Virus record (IMG/VR): IMGVR_UViG_3300032307_000957
From: an uncultured virus (IMG/VR IMGVR_UViG_3300032307_000957)
Taxonomy: Duplodnaviria; Heunggongvirae; Uroviricota; Caudoviricetes
Length of the DNA stretch: 20,000 nucleotides
Direction: 5' to 3' (one strand)
Made by a program: the position numbers and the translations under genes. Of the stretch, positions 1-9,000 are shown piece by piece; position 1 is the stretch's first letter, and every line of letters begins with the position of its first letter. Under the pieces are notes generated by a model. The model made no database searches and was not told the origin of the DNA. It was given only the letters and a program-made list of their open reading frames with translations.

Positions 1-223
1 TGAATGGGATATGTTTTGTTATTTCTATGAAAACCCAGGAAAAATCATATCGCTATCGGAGATTCGTGATAAGGTAATGTTCACTAAGTTTGGGTCAAAA
101 CTTCCTCCAAGATGGTTTGATTCAATTCTGAGAGTGGTTAATAATCTAAGAAAGAATGTTCCTGGTCTTAAGAATAGGCTATTGACAATTAAAGGCGAAG
201 AAACAAGTTATATTTTCCAGTGA
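1..223 (+). CDS. OmpR/PhoB-type winged-helix DNA-binding domain protein (5' partial)
   Basis: Frame is open from the window edge (EWDMFCYFYENPGKIISLSEI...VVNNLRKNV...LLTIKGEETSYIF) and follows the Trans_reg_C pattern E-xx-L..NPGxVxS..E....LRK.....TxxGxGY. Confidence 0.6.
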   Translation, partial: EWDMFCYFYENPGKIISLSEIRDKVMFTKFGSKLPPRWFDSILRVVNNLRKNVPGLKNRLLTIKGEETSYIFQ

Positions 224-230
224 AAAACAT

Positions 231-515
231 ATGATTTATACATTAAATAAAAGAAAATCCTCTCTATATACGCCAAAGAATAAACCACCAGCTTTAATGG
301 GTTATAAATCTAAAGAACAGGATATTTGGGATTGGACAATAGATTTATATTCAAACCAAGATATTTATGAAGAACCCTTAGATGATGAAGTTTTTAGTAA
401 CCTAGAAGAAATAAAGAAAGTAAATAGTGTGATTTTAAATATCACCAAATTCTTTCTAACCACTATTATTTTCGTAATTATTATTATGGTTTTTTTGCTG
501 CTGGATAAAAGTTAA
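231..515 (+). CDS. hypothetical protein with C-terminal transmembrane helix
   Basis: ORF track; hydrophobic tail FFLTTIIFVIIIMVFLLL. Confidence 0.7.
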   Translation: MIYTLNKRKSSLYTPKNKPPALMGYKSKEQDIWDWTIDLYSNQDIYEEPLDDEVFSNLEEIKKVNSVILNITKFFLTTIIFVIIIMVFLLLDKS

Positions 516-519
516 AATT

Positions 520-657
520 ATGAATAAGAAGAATACTAAATTCGTTATTGATGATTACATTGTTGAACGAGAGAATTCTCGTTCCAGATTTGAGAGGAAA
601 AAGAAGTACAAGAAAGACTCTTATAAGAAGGATAGAAAGTTCAGCAACAATTGGTGA
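520..657 (+). CDS. small basic protein (45 aa, MNKKNTKFVIDDYIVERENSRSRFERKKKYKKDSYKKDRKFSNNW), not in ORF track
   Basis: ATG 4 nt after the upstream stop, TGA at 655-657; tiles the gap before the ATG at 662. Confidence 0.65.
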   Translation: MNKKNTKFVIDDYIVERENSRSRFERKKKYKKDSYKKDRKFSNNW

Positions 658-661
658 AATT

Positions 662-1075
662 ATGGAATTATCAATTAAAGAAGGTTCCGTTTATTGTGGT
701 GAATATGAGGTTTTGTATAGAAATAATCAAAATCAATTCTGCGTTAATAATTTCATTCACGTTGATTGTATAAAGCCATGTGGTTCTATTGGTAAGTTTT
801 TGGAATATGTTTTCATTTGGTTGAAAAACTCGCACGATGAAGTCATGAAAAAATTCAATTGGGACCCCTATAATGAAGGTGAATATTTGGTTGTAGGATA
901 TTCCGATATATTTGGTGGCGGAATTTTATCTTCATGCGATGAATTTAATGCTCACCGTATTAAAAAGAGCCTTTTGCCATATTATGTCGATATTAAAATC
1001 ATGAAGAACTCAAATGAAAACTTGAAGAAAATTCATGATGAATTGTTGGATTTTGAAAATAAGAAGCATGGATAA
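662..1075 (+). CDS. hypothetical protein (start moved from TTG 548 to ATG 662)
   Basis: ATG 662 directly follows the stop of the 520-657 ORF. Confidence 0.7.
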   Translation: MELSIKEGSVYCGEYEVLYRNNQNQFCVNNFIHVDCIKPCGSIGKFLEYVFIWLKNSHDEVMKKFNWDPYNEGEYLVVGYSDIFGGGILSSCDEFNAHRIKKSLLPYYVDIKIMKNSNENLKKIHDELLDFENKKHG

Positions 1076-1083
1076 TATGGTAA

Positions 1084-1305
1084 ATGATTATGAAAATCAA
1101 AGATTTAATATCGGAGCTAAACAAGTTCGACCAAGAAGATGAAGTTATGATACTGGATGGGTATAATGGTGGCGGCAACCCAAGAGAGATTAATCTTGGA
1201 CCAAAACAAATTTCCATTAAAGAAGATTTCATTGAAAATTGTGCGGACTGTGAAGAATTTGATGTAAATTCAAAAGTTGTTATTTTGGGATTTGGTTGTT
1301 ATTAA
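1084..1305 (+). CDS. hypothetical phage protein (MKIKDLISELNKFDQEDEV-type N-terminus)
   Basis: ORF track; N-terminal MxVxELIxxLxxxDxxxxV pattern is common in small phage proteins. Confidence 0.75.
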   Translation: MIMKIKDLISELNKFDQEDEVMILDGYNGGGNPREINLGPKQISIKEDFIENCADCEEFDVNSKVVILGFGCY

Positions 1306-1329
1306 TATATTAAAGAAAGGTAATTAAAA

Positions 1330-1650
1330 ATGGGAAAGCAAGTAGTATTTAAGGTTATAGTTTTATGTGATAATTTTGTAATTAACGTTCAAAATTTTGA
1401 AAAATGTCTTGATAAAGATAGTTTGAAAGATGATTATCTAGATATAATTCAGTCTGTTATTGATAAGTATGAAAACAACGGAGTAACTATTGATACTTCC
1501 GGTGAAGAAAATGACAATTTCTTAATTGAAGAATTTGAATTTCCAGATGTTTGTACTAAAAAAGAATTAAATTCCGTTATGAAAACTGCTATTAAATTTT
1601 TGGATGATTTGTTTTCCAGCTTTTCTAAAGCCGGCTATACAACAAATTAA
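1330..1650 (+). CDS. hypothetical acidic protein
   Basis: ORF with AAAGGT SD-like sequence upstream. Confidence 0.75.
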   Translation: MGKQVVFKVIVLCDNFVINVQNFEKCLDKDSLKDDYLDIIQSVIDKYENNGVTIDTSGEENDNFLIEEFEFPDVCTKKELNSVMKTAIKFLDDLFSSFSKAGYTTN

Positions 1651-1652
1651 AA

Positions 1653-1910
1653 ATGTTAATAGATATCATTCAACAAGGACACAGAACAATAACGCTTCTC
1701 GGTAGTAATGATATGTATGTAAATTACTATTGTTGGCAAAATGTAAAAAAAGGAAATTCAAGTAACTGGAAACATAGATCTGGCGAAAGATGGCCGGTCG
1801 TTTTGTCTTATGAATGGGATTATGATTTAATCTTAATACCTTCATCTTTCCAATTTAAGGTTGCCGAAGAAATGTTTCAAGAATATATGTTGTTGAAAGA
1901 AATTATTTAA
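1653..1910 (+). CDS. hypothetical protein, C-terminal LKEII tag
   Basis: ends EYMLLKEII*. Confidence 0.8.
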   Translation: MLIDIIQQGHRTITLLGSNDMYVNYYCWQNVKKGNSSNWKHRSGERWPVVLSYEWDYDLILIPSSFQFKVAEEMFQEYMLLKEII

Positions 1911-1911
1911 T

Positions 1912-2175
1912 ATGACAAAAGTTACATTTATAAACAAAATGTTTATTGTCGGAGATTTTGAAGGAATTGATAATAATAGACATAAAGTTTTTAAACACTA
2001 CCTTTTAAGGGATTTGTTTAAAGGATATATTAGACCGTTTTCAATATTTCCTTTAATTACATTAGTTAATATTGACTACATAGTATGTATTGATCCAAAA
2101 TATACATACAAAGAATGCAACCATATGATAGAAGAAGTTATGAGTGAATTGCTCCTTCTTAAGGAAATAATTTAA
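1912..2175 (+). CDS. hypothetical protein, C-terminal LKEII tag
   Basis: ends ELLLLKEII*; TAATG overlap with next gene. Confidence 0.8.
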   Translation: MTKVTFINKMFIVGDFEGIDNNRHKVFKHYLLRDLFKGYIRPFSIFPLITLVNIDYIVCIDPKYTYKECNHMIEEVMSELLLLKEII

Positions 2176-2480
2176 TGTCAAAAAACATAACACTAAAAAC
2201 AAACATAGAGATAATTCTAAATACAAAAACTAAAGAGTTTATTGATTTTGGAACGCATGGAGAATATAAAACTTATGAAAAAGAGGTTTGTGTAACTATT
2301 GAAGATTTAAAGTTTGATAGATCCAAATATAATGTTTCTGATATTTCATCTGTTAAGATGCCCTTTGTAACATTTGAGAGTTGCATTCTTCCATTTGTTC
2401 AAAATATACCTTACCGTGTTAATAGTGACAATATTTGGTATGGTGATATGGCTAAGTTTATTGTTGATAATTTTCTATAA
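2175..2480 (+). CDS. hypothetical protein
   Basis: coupled start (TAATG), AAGGA upstream. Confidence 0.75.
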   Translation: MSKNITLKTNIEIILNTKTKEFIDFGTHGEYKTYEKEVCVTIEDLKFDRSKYNVSDISSVKMPFVTFESCILPFVQNIPYRVNSDNIWYGDMAKFIVDNFL

Positions 2481-2491
2481 AGGAGTTAATT

Positions 2492-2842
2492 ATGTATAAG
2501 TATATTGTTTTATTTGCAATGATGATGATGGGTTGCTCTTCTACCCAGGTTAATCCTGAAACCCCAAAACCTGATAATGAAAAGGAAGTTGTGACAAAGG
2601 AAGAGGATAGTACATTTAAGAATTATGTTTATGATCGTTTGGTTTCAGTAAAGCTTAAGATTGAAGAGCTTCTGGATGATCCAAAGCTGTTCAGTAAGGA
2701 AAGGTTTTCTTCTATTAGTGATAGAATTAAGCTTTTGGATTCTCTGGAAGAATACAGGAATGTTCTGGGTGACAAGATTATGTTGCTTGTTGCCGAAATC
2801 AAATTGAAGTTTGAAGAGTTAAAGGTTAGGTATAATTCATGA
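2492..2842 (+). CDS. putative lipoprotein
   Basis: AAGGAG SD; signal MYKYIVLFAMMMMG-C15 followed by SSTQ and a low-complexity linker. Confidence 0.7.
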   Translation: MYKYIVLFAMMMMGCSSTQVNPETPKPDNEKEVVTKEEDSTFKNYVYDRLVSVKLKIEELLDDPKLFSKERFSSISDRIKLLDSLEEYRNVLGDKIMLLVAEIKLKFEELKVRYNS

Positions 2843-3417
2843 AAACAAAGAAAAAAAATAGATTCAATAAAGGAACAAAACTTACATATAAAGATGGTTC
2901 AAAATGGCTAATTAAACAAGAATGCTTAAGATTAATATCCGAAGATATATCTAAGTCATTATTGGATCAATTTAATAGTGCTATTTGTAAACCTAATGAA
3001 AAATTATTTCAAGATTTTATAAATGAATATAATTTTGTACCGTGGTTCATCTTTAATGTAAAAATTAGCCAACAATTCATTCAAAAAAACATATCAATTT
3101 TTGATAAAAAATGTTGGGATGCCATCTCTTTATATCAGGAAATGTCAATGTCTTTCATAAATAACAATATAAGTAAATTAAATATTGAATATTTAATGTA
3201 TAATCATAATCTATCTAAAAAAGATAAGATGAAAATATATAGTACATTCTTTAAACAAAAAAATAAAAAGTTCAACAATACACCAAAAACAATTAAATTC
3301 AAGAATAAATTCTTTAGAGTAAATGACAGAATTGTTTCAATAAATTATTTCTGCAATAGAATTGCTCAATGGAACTATTTTTCTAACAATTTTAATTTCA
3401 GTGAATTATACTTCTAA
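2839..3417 (+). CDS. protein with degenerate Trp-repeat (WxxISxxQxLSxxFI) units
   Basis: contains WDAISLYQEMSMSFINNNISKLNIEYLMYN, matching the repeat and cap of the 6058/6351/10010 proteins. Confidence 0.7.
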   Translation: MKTKKKNRFNKGTKLTYKDGSKWLIKQECLRLISEDISKSLLDQFNSAICKPNEKLFQDFINEYNFVPWFIFNVKISQQFIQKNISIFDKKCWDAISLYQEMSMSFINNNISKLNIEYLMYNHNLSKKDKMKIYSTFFKQKNKKFNNTPKTIKFKNKFFRVNDRIVSINYFCNRIAQWNYFSNNFNFSELYF

Positions 3418-3447
3418 ATGTAATTTTTTTTAAAAAGGAATAAAATT

Positions 3448-3774
3448 ATGAAATTCAACAAGAATCTTACAAATCACATTGCAAATCTTGGCTCAATGCA
3501 ATTATTTATGGATGCCGAACCCACAAAGTCTCCGGATGTTGTTTTTGGTTCAAATTATGGGGAGAGGGAATCTTTCCTTATGGTATCCATGGAAGTTATG
3601 AAAGATGAGGATGATAAGGAATTTGGCATAAAATGTTATGTTGAAACGGCAAATGAAAAGAAGGAAGAGGTTTTGCCATTGCATTCAAGCGCGAAGTCTG
3701 TTAAGGATTGGTTCGAAAACAATATCATGGACTTTGGTTTTATTCGTTCTTGGGTAAAGGTTGAAAAGGTTTAA
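3448..3774 (+). CDS. hypothetical protein
   Basis: ORF with AAGGA SD. Confidence 0.8.
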   Translation: MKFNKNLTNHIANLGSMQLFMDAEPTKSPDVVFGSNYGERESFLMVSMEVMKDEDDKEFGIKCYVETANEKKEEVLPLHSSAKSVKDWFENNIMDFGFIRSWVKVEKV

Positions 3775-3776
3775 TT

Positions 3777-4379
3777 ATGACGCTTTTAAATATTGATTGG
3801 GAAAAGAATCCAACTAGTAGATTTACAAAAATTGAAGTTTATGAACACATAAAGGAAATTCTACCTTCTTATAACATTGATCCTAAACACTTAGATTCTC
3901 ATAACTTTATTTGCGGATATAGATTTTTTCCAGCGGGGCCTAATAGGCACTATAAAAAGAAAATAACTGTAGCTTTGGCTAATTACGAATTTCATTGTAC
4001 TGATTGTAATTTTTCCATTCATCTAACTGTAACAGATATAAACAATAAATCTTCTAATCTTGAAATTGAAGAAGTTGAGTATGACAAAAAAGAAATCTCA
4101 ATCTATGCAAAAACAATACATAGCACTATGTTTTCTTTATCCTCTTTAGATTCTAATCTAAAAACCAATGAAGAGTATTATCAAAGTGATATAAACAACT
4201 TGAAGAAACATCCATCAATAAAAAACTTCCCAGGTTTTCAAATTCCTAATCCCCAAATTGATTATGTGGTATTGGTAAAAAAACAAATTAAAGAAATGAA
4301 TTTAGAATTCAATTCATTAAGAATGACATGTGCAGAAGCTAAAAAATTAAATTTAACAAAAACCTTTTTTCAAAAATAA
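3777..4379 (+). CDS. hypothetical protein
   Basis: 200-aa ORF tiled in the operon. Confidence 0.75.
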   Translation: MTLLNIDWEKNPTSRFTKIEVYEHIKEILPSYNIDPKHLDSHNFICGYRFFPAGPNRHYKKKITVALANYEFHCTDCNFSIHLTVTDINNKSSNLEIEEVEYDKKEISIYAKTIHSTMFSLSSLDSNLKTNEEYYQSDINNLKKHPSIKNFPGFQIPNPQIDYVVLVKKQIKEMNLEFNSLRMTCAEAKKLNLTKTFFQK

Positions 4380-4384
4380 ATAAA

Positions 4385-4624
4385 ATGAAGCAAGAACACA
4401 TATATGTTGTTTACAACAAAAACAATGAAATAATTTTCATTCACTTTTCAAAAAGGAATAGGTTTGATTCATTTTTAATCCAAGCAATGGATAACTTTTC
4501 CGAAAAAACAAAAGGTGTTGGGTGGTTGAGTTTTTGTCCAAAACAAGAAATTGATGAAAACTCTGCCCACACAATGCTTGGTAGAAAAATCCAAATAAAA
4601 AACAATACAGCTTATGTCACGTAG
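4385..4624 (+). CDS. hypothetical protein
   Basis: ORF tiled in the operon. Confidence 0.7.
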   Translation: MKQEHIYVVYNKNNEIIFIHFSKRNRFDSFLIQAMDNFSEKTKGVGWLSFCPKQEIDENSAHTMLGRKIQIKNNTAYVT

Positions 4625-4781
4625 AATACCAAATTCTTTGATTGCAATAGCAAAAGAAGAAAGAAGATTGAAAAAGGGTCATTTATCAAAAGATGAAGAT
4701 CCAAGTAAAATAGATTTTTACTTGGAATGTCTTCAAAGATTGAAGGTTTGGTACTTGGAAAGGTTAAAGAAAGATGACTAG
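4614..4781 (+). CDS. small hypothetical protein (55 aa, MSRRIPNSLIAIAKEERRLKKGH...RLKKDD), not in ORF track
   Basis: ATG 4614 to TAG 4779-4781 fills the gap, with short overlaps to both neighbours. Confidence 0.7.
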   Translation: MSRRIPNSLIAIAKEERRLKKGHLSKDEDPSKIDFYLECLQRLKVWYLERLKKDD

Positions 4782-5172
4782 AGATTACAATAACGCAGAA
4801 ACGATCAATAAAATAAAAAAACAATTAGAATTAGATTTGTATGATTTTTCAGTAACCAAATCAAAAAATTCAATAAATGATTGCTTAATATTCGATGCAA
4901 ACAAAGAAAGCCAGTTTGGTTTTTTACATGAAACAATATCTTTTTCAATTCAAATTTACAAAAACGATAGAAATGCAGAAATAAGAGAAATAACAAATTT
5001 AAAATATAAAGTATTATTTATTGACAAAGAAATATTTAATTCAAATGAAAACTATACTTTGCCATATGATTCGTATTCTTTATACGACACACTCGAAGTA
5101 TATAGAAAAACATTCAGGCAAATGGTTCATTCAACATTAAACTTTTTAGACTTAAAGGTAAGTATATCATGA
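4774..5172 (+). CDS. hypothetical protein
   Basis: ORF, ATGA-coupled to next gene. Confidence 0.75.
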   Translation: MTRDYNNAETINKIKKQLELDLYDFSVTKSKNSINDCLIFDANKESQFGFLHETISFSIQIYKNDRNAEIREITNLKYKVLFIDKEIFNSNENYTLPYDSYSLYDTLEVYRKTFRQMVHSTLNFLDLKVSIS

Positions 5173-5363
5173 AAACAATTGAAATGACCGAAGAAGAATA
5201 CCAAGATCTCGTTGATGATTATTGCGGAGTTTGCTTATCATGCGAAGAAATTGCAGATAATGTAGAGCCGGATGCCACAAATTACAAATGCGATTCTTGC
5301 GGAAAGAATACTGTATTTGGTATTGAAGAAGCTCTTATTATGGGAAATATCGATATTACTTAA
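5169..5363 (+). CDS. small zinc-ribbon protein
   Basis: CLSC...VEPDA..YKCDSCG, two CxxC pairs. Confidence 0.8.
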   Translation: MKTIEMTEEEYQDLVDDYCGVCLSCEEIADNVEPDATNYKCDSCGKNTVFGIEEALIMGNIDIT

Positions 5364-5376
5364 TCAGTATAAATAT

Positions 5377-5742
5377 ATGACAAAAGGAACGGATAAAGAT
5401 ACCAATTTAGAAATTTTAGTTAATGCATTTTATAAATCTGCCAATAATATTGACGATATAAAATCCAGAATAATGGAATCATTTGATTTTTTCAATGAAA
5501 TTAATGGAAAACAATATTATGTACCTCTATTTAACCTTAGAGAGTCTTTAAGTGATGTTTCCAGGGAAGATTTTGATGAAGCAATAAATGATCTTAGAAG
5601 AGATTGGATATTAACTTTAAGCCCAGCAGAAGGTTTGCATGAAAAAATACCAGAACACATATTAAATGCTGGTATTATAGAACAATCAAATAATCTTGTT
5701 TATGCAGCAAGAAGAGCAACTTATGATGATGAAGAGGATTGA
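5377..5742 (+). CDS. hypothetical protein, possible winged-helix-like domain (start moved to ATG 5377)
   Basis: ATG 5377 follows the 5363 stop; VPLFNLRESLSDVSREDFDEAINDL resembles an HTH. Confidence 0.6.
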   Translation: MTKGTDKDTNLEILVNAFYKSANNIDDIKSRIMESFDFFNEINGKQYYVPLFNLRESLSDVSREDFDEAINDLRRDWILTLSPAEGLHEKIPEHILNAGIIEQSNNLVYAARRATYDDEED

Positions 5743-5748
5743 AATAAT

Positions 5749-6057
5749 ATGAAATGGAATCTTTGGTTGGATGATCAAATAAACGACCCAGATGCTGAAA
5801 ATAGATGGACTCCGGAAAATTATGTTGGTGCGGAATCTTCCGATGCAGCAATTCATTTAGTGCAAAAGTTTGGTCCACCTGAATTAATGGATCTTGACCA
5901 TGATTTGGGAGAAGGTGATGATGCAATGATTTTTTTAAAATGGTTGTCGGATAATTATTATGACCAAATTCCAGGTTATGTTGTTCATTCTTCAAATCCT
6001 GTAGGAAGAAAAAACATAATATCATTTATGGAATCTTGGAGAAAGAGCATTTATTAG
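5749..6057 (+). CDS. cyclic-phosphate-processing receiver-like domain protein
   Basis: LWLDD...P...DLDHDLG...HSSNPVG motifs characteristic of this stand-alone receiver family. Confidence 0.8.
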   Translation: MKWNLWLDDQINDPDAENRWTPENYVGAESSDAAIHLVQKFGPPELMDLDHDLGEGDDAMIFLKWLSDNYYDQIPGYVVHSSNPVGRKNIISFMESWRKSIY

Positions 6058-6354
6058 ATGCACAGTCTAGACCTTGTACGAACACAATATTCAGAAGAAG
6101 AGTTAGAAGATAACGTTCATTTTTTTGTTAAAAATGATTGGTGGTTTATTTGTTTTTGCCAAGATTTATCAGAGAATTTTATAGAAAAACATGCGGATAA
6201 GGTAAATTGGATTTACATTTCAGAAAAGCAATCTTTATCAGAAGGGTTTATAAAAAGACATATTGAAAAAATTAATATTGAAATTTTAATGTATAATGAT
6301 AGAATTTCTGAAGAAATAAAAAAAGAAATAAAAACATTAAAAGAAATTATATGA
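6058..6354 (+). CDS. Trp-repeat protein (2 x 23-aa repeats), LKEII tag
   Basis: WWFICFCQDLSENFIEKHADKVN / WIYISEKQSLSEGFIKRHIEKIN; ends EIKTLKEII. Confidence 0.85.
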   Translation: MHSLDLVRTQYSEEELEDNVHFFVKNDWWFICFCQDLSENFIEKHADKVNWIYISEKQSLSEGFIKRHIEKINIEILMYNDRISEEIKKEIKTLKEII

Positions 6355-6791
6355 ACCAACACAATTTAGAATTAATTAAAAAACAATATTCCGAAAAAGA
6401 ATTAGAGCAAAATATCAATTTATTTGATGATCGAGATTGGCACTCAATTTCAATTTTCCAAAAACTATCAGAAAAATTTATTGATAAATATTCAGGTAGG
6501 ATTAATTGGGATTGGGTTGCTTCAGAACAAGAATTATCAGAACTTTTTATAAAAAAACATGCGGATAAGGTTAATTGGTATCACGTTTCAATTTACCAAA
6601 AGCTATCAGAAGAATTTATTGAAAAATATTCCGATAAGCTTGATTGGTTATATATTTCTGAATTTCAAAAATTATCTGAAAAATTTATAAAAAAACATAT
6701 AGATAAAATTAACATTAATTTTTTAATGATTAATAATAAAATTTCAAAAAAAATAAAAAAAGAAATTAAATCACTAAAGGAAATTATATGA
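6351..6791 (+). CDS. Trp-repeat protein (4 x 23-aa repeats), LKEII tag
   Basis: four WxxISxxQxLSExFIxKxxDKxN units; ends EIKSLKEII. Confidence 0.85.
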   Translation: MNQHNLELIKKQYSEKELEQNINLFDDRDWHSISIFQKLSEKFIDKYSGRINWDWVASEQELSELFIKKHADKVNWYHVSIYQKLSEEFIEKYSDKLDWLYISEFQKLSEKFIKKHIDKININFLMINNKISKKIKKEIKSLKEII

Positions 6792-7321
6792 AAAACACAA
6801 TTGCTCTTCTAACAATTATTGTCACCATAGGTTGTTCAAACTCAACATCAGAAGCTGACATTGAATATAATAAATCCGTTCAACAAAAAGAACATAAAAT
6901 AAATGAACTTAATGATAAAGTTTTCAATCTAAAGGACGAAATTATTAGATTGAAAAATGAATACAACTCTATTCCTCAAAATGAATTAATTCAACTTAAT
7001 TCATCCATTGAAAGCAAAAAATCCGAACTTGCCAATCTTCAAAATAATATTGCAACCAACAAGGCTGAATTGGAAGCCAATCCAAAACATAGATATGTTA
7101 TTAAGTTTGAACTAAAACAGTCCAGATTTTCTCTTGATATTGGTCAGCATATGAAGGATAGTATGAATGCCGCTGAATTCGAACTACCTGTTGATAAGGA
7201 ATTCTATGATAGCGTTCATGTTGGTCAAGAGTTGGTTGATAAGTTTAGAACAGGATCATTATTAATCAACGGTTCGTTTTCAAAATGGAAAGTAACCGTT
7301 CTTCAAAAGAAAGTAAAATAA
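6788..7321 (+). CDS. putative lipoprotein with coiled coil and C-terminal globular domain
   Basis: MKNTIALLTIIVTIG-C16 lipobox-like signal, heptad-rich middle region. Confidence 0.75.
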   Translation: MKNTIALLTIIVTIGCSNSTSEADIEYNKSVQQKEHKINELNDKVFNLKDEIIRLKNEYNSIPQNELIQLNSSIESKKSELANLQNNIATNKAELEANPKHRYVIKFELKQSRFSLDIGQHMKDSMNAAEFELPVDKEFYDSVHVGQELVDKFRTGSLLINGSFSKWKVTVLQKKVK

Positions 7322-7573
7322 ATGAAATTACGTTATGCAATTGTTTATGACGGTCATGTACCAGATGTATTGAAAGAATTCGACCCGAATTTTTCAATAA
7401 AACATTTAGCTTTTAGAAATGTCAAAAGATCTCACTTTGACACCAAAGAAGAGGCTGAAAGTTTTCTTAATATTATAAAAGAAAATCTTGAGAATAAACT
7501 TGGCATGAAAAACCCCCATATAATGCAAATCAGTTGTTATGATCATGGCGAATCAATCGGAACATGCTTTTAA
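7322..7573 (+). CDS. hypothetical protein
   Basis: ORF abutting the upstream stop. Confidence 0.75.
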   Translation: MKLRYAIVYDGHVPDVLKEFDPNFSIKHLAFRNVKRSHFDTKEEAESFLNIIKENLENKLGMKNPHIMQISCYDHGESIGTCF

Positions 7574-7582
7574 GGAGTTTTT

Positions 7583-8020
7583 ATGAAGTGTTTATGCTGC
7601 CACATTGATAATTTAAAAAAAGAAGATTTTCTTAAAGAAGAACAATATCTTGTTGGTAGATATACTGTAATATTTACCTTTAATTACAAAGATAGTTATA
7701 TGTGCAAGGTTTGTGAATCATATAGCGTTAATTATAACGATTTAGAGCAAGTTGAAATTTTGGTTGCAAAATTCTTATTGGATAATGTGGCATTTTTTGA
7801 CCCTAACGCATTTCGTTTTATTAGAAAGGCTGCTGGGTTTAGTGCAGAATTTTTGCAAGAAAAGCTTGGTCTTGAAACCAAAGACGCTATTAAAAAGATT
7901 GAAAGACAAGAATCAATACCAGAAAACATATGGTTTGGTTTAGATTCATGCTTTGAAGAGTTCCTAAAGAAGAAAAACATAAAAACAAATCTTATCAAAC
8001 CTAAGCTTCTTACTGATTGA
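7583..8020 (+). CDS. MqsA/YgiT-like zinc-finger + XRE HTH protein
   Basis: AAGGAG SD; N-terminal CLCC...CKVCES zinc site, then FRFIRKAAGFSAEFLQEKLG...IKKIER HTH. Confidence 0.7.
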   Translation: MKCLCCHIDNLKKEDFLKEEQYLVGRYTVIFTFNYKDSYMCKVCESYSVNYNDLEQVEILVAKFLLDNVAFFDPNAFRFIRKAAGFSAEFLQEKLGLETKDAIKKIERQESIPENIWFGLDSCFEEFLKKKNIKTNLIKPKLLTD

Positions 8021-8026
8021 AATAAT

Positions 8027-8293
8027 ATGTTTTGTTCAGCACTTGTTTATTTTAATAATTTACATAGCATTTGTATACTAAGTCTTCCAAACAAAGCAGA
8101 TGTAAAGTATACAGATATTAAATTCATTGATAAATATCAGTTTATAAATGAAACTTTCTGTTTCCCAGAGTATATATTTCACAGCATTATATTTTCACCT
8201 ATTATAACTCAAATATATAAAATAGAAGGCAAAACAAAAGAAGAGGTTTGGTTGAAAATTCAGGATTTTTTGGTTATTAAAGAAATAATTTAA
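8027..8293 (+). CDS. hypothetical protein, LKEII-type tag
   Basis: ends DFLVIKEII. Confidence 0.75.
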   Translation: MFCSALVYFNNLHSICILSLPNKADVKYTDIKFIDKYQFINETFCFPEYIFHSIIFSPIITQIYKIEGKTKEEVWLKIQDFLVIKEII

Positions 8294-8294
8294 T

Positions 8295-8636
8295 ATGTTT
8301 GATTTAAAAGAATACGAAGAAAATATAGTTAAATTAGAATACTTAAATAAGTATTTTATTTCTTTTAAAGACCATTGTTGCGAAATAATGACATACATAT
8401 TAAGCGAATTTTATGTGGACTATTTGTATATTACAATTGCTCAATTAGATCCACTTGTAATACATAAAAGTAAGTATATTATATTTAATGTTCACGGTTC
8501 TGACTTGAAAAGTCTTTCTGGGACTCCTTATGAATATAATGGCGAAAACAAAGCATGTTTTCCTTATGATCTATTATTTGATGAAAATTGGAAAGAAACA
8601 GTAAAAAGAGATGCTTTAATTAAAAGCATAATATAG
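8295..8636 (+). CDS. hypothetical protein, LKEII-type tag
   Basis: ends RDALIKSII. Confidence 0.75.
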   Translation: MFDLKEYEENIVKLEYLNKYFISFKDHCCEIMTYILSEFYVDYLYITIAQLDPLVIHKSKYIIFNVHGSDLKSLSGTPYEYNGENKACFPYDLLFDENWKETVKRDALIKSII

Positions 8637-8655
8637 AAAGAAAGGTAATTTAAAA

Positions 8656-8883
8656 ATGGCAAACCACGCAGAATATAAACAAATAAACGGAGCTGATTTT
8701 TCAAAAATTCACAACATTGAATTTGTAGAAGGAAAGATTAGAGCAGAAGTTTCTATTGGAACCTTAGATTATATTTGGTTTGATTCGGTTGATGAATTAA
8801 ATGGTTTTATAAACAAAATGAAATATGTTCAAGCAAAAAATGAACTTCTGGTTGATAATTTCATCAAGGATTTAAATAAATAA
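8656..8883 (+). CDS. hypothetical protein
   Basis: AAAGGTAATTTAAAAATG start context, near-identical to that at 1330. Confidence 0.75.
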   Translation: MANHAEYKQINGADFSKIHNIEFVEGKIRAEVSIGTLDYIWFDSVDELNGFINKMKYVQAKNELLVDNFIKDLNK

Positions 8884-9000
8884 AAGAATTATAAATTATT
8901 ACCAAAAATACAGGTAAATCTTCAACTTCTTACTGTATGAGATTGGTTGATGCTTTAATTGATGATTAGCAATATAGTTAAAGGGAGAAAGTAGGGTTAA

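Noticed and set aside
548..661. N-terminal extensions in the ORF track (TTG 548; likewise 5272, 14565, 15043)
   Set aside because: They overlap real upstream genes; coupled or adjacent ATGs at 662, 5377, 14589 and 15055 fit better.
6058..6791. CRISPR array or DGR template/variable repeat pair
   Set aside because: The repeats are in-frame 69-nt coding units without identical direct repeats or unique spacers. Differences are not confined to adenines, and no reverse transcriptase is present in the window.
8884..8969. Short reading frame IITKNTGKSSTSYCMRLVDALIDD after the 8656 gene
   Set aside because: No credible start or SD and too short; at most a gene remnant.
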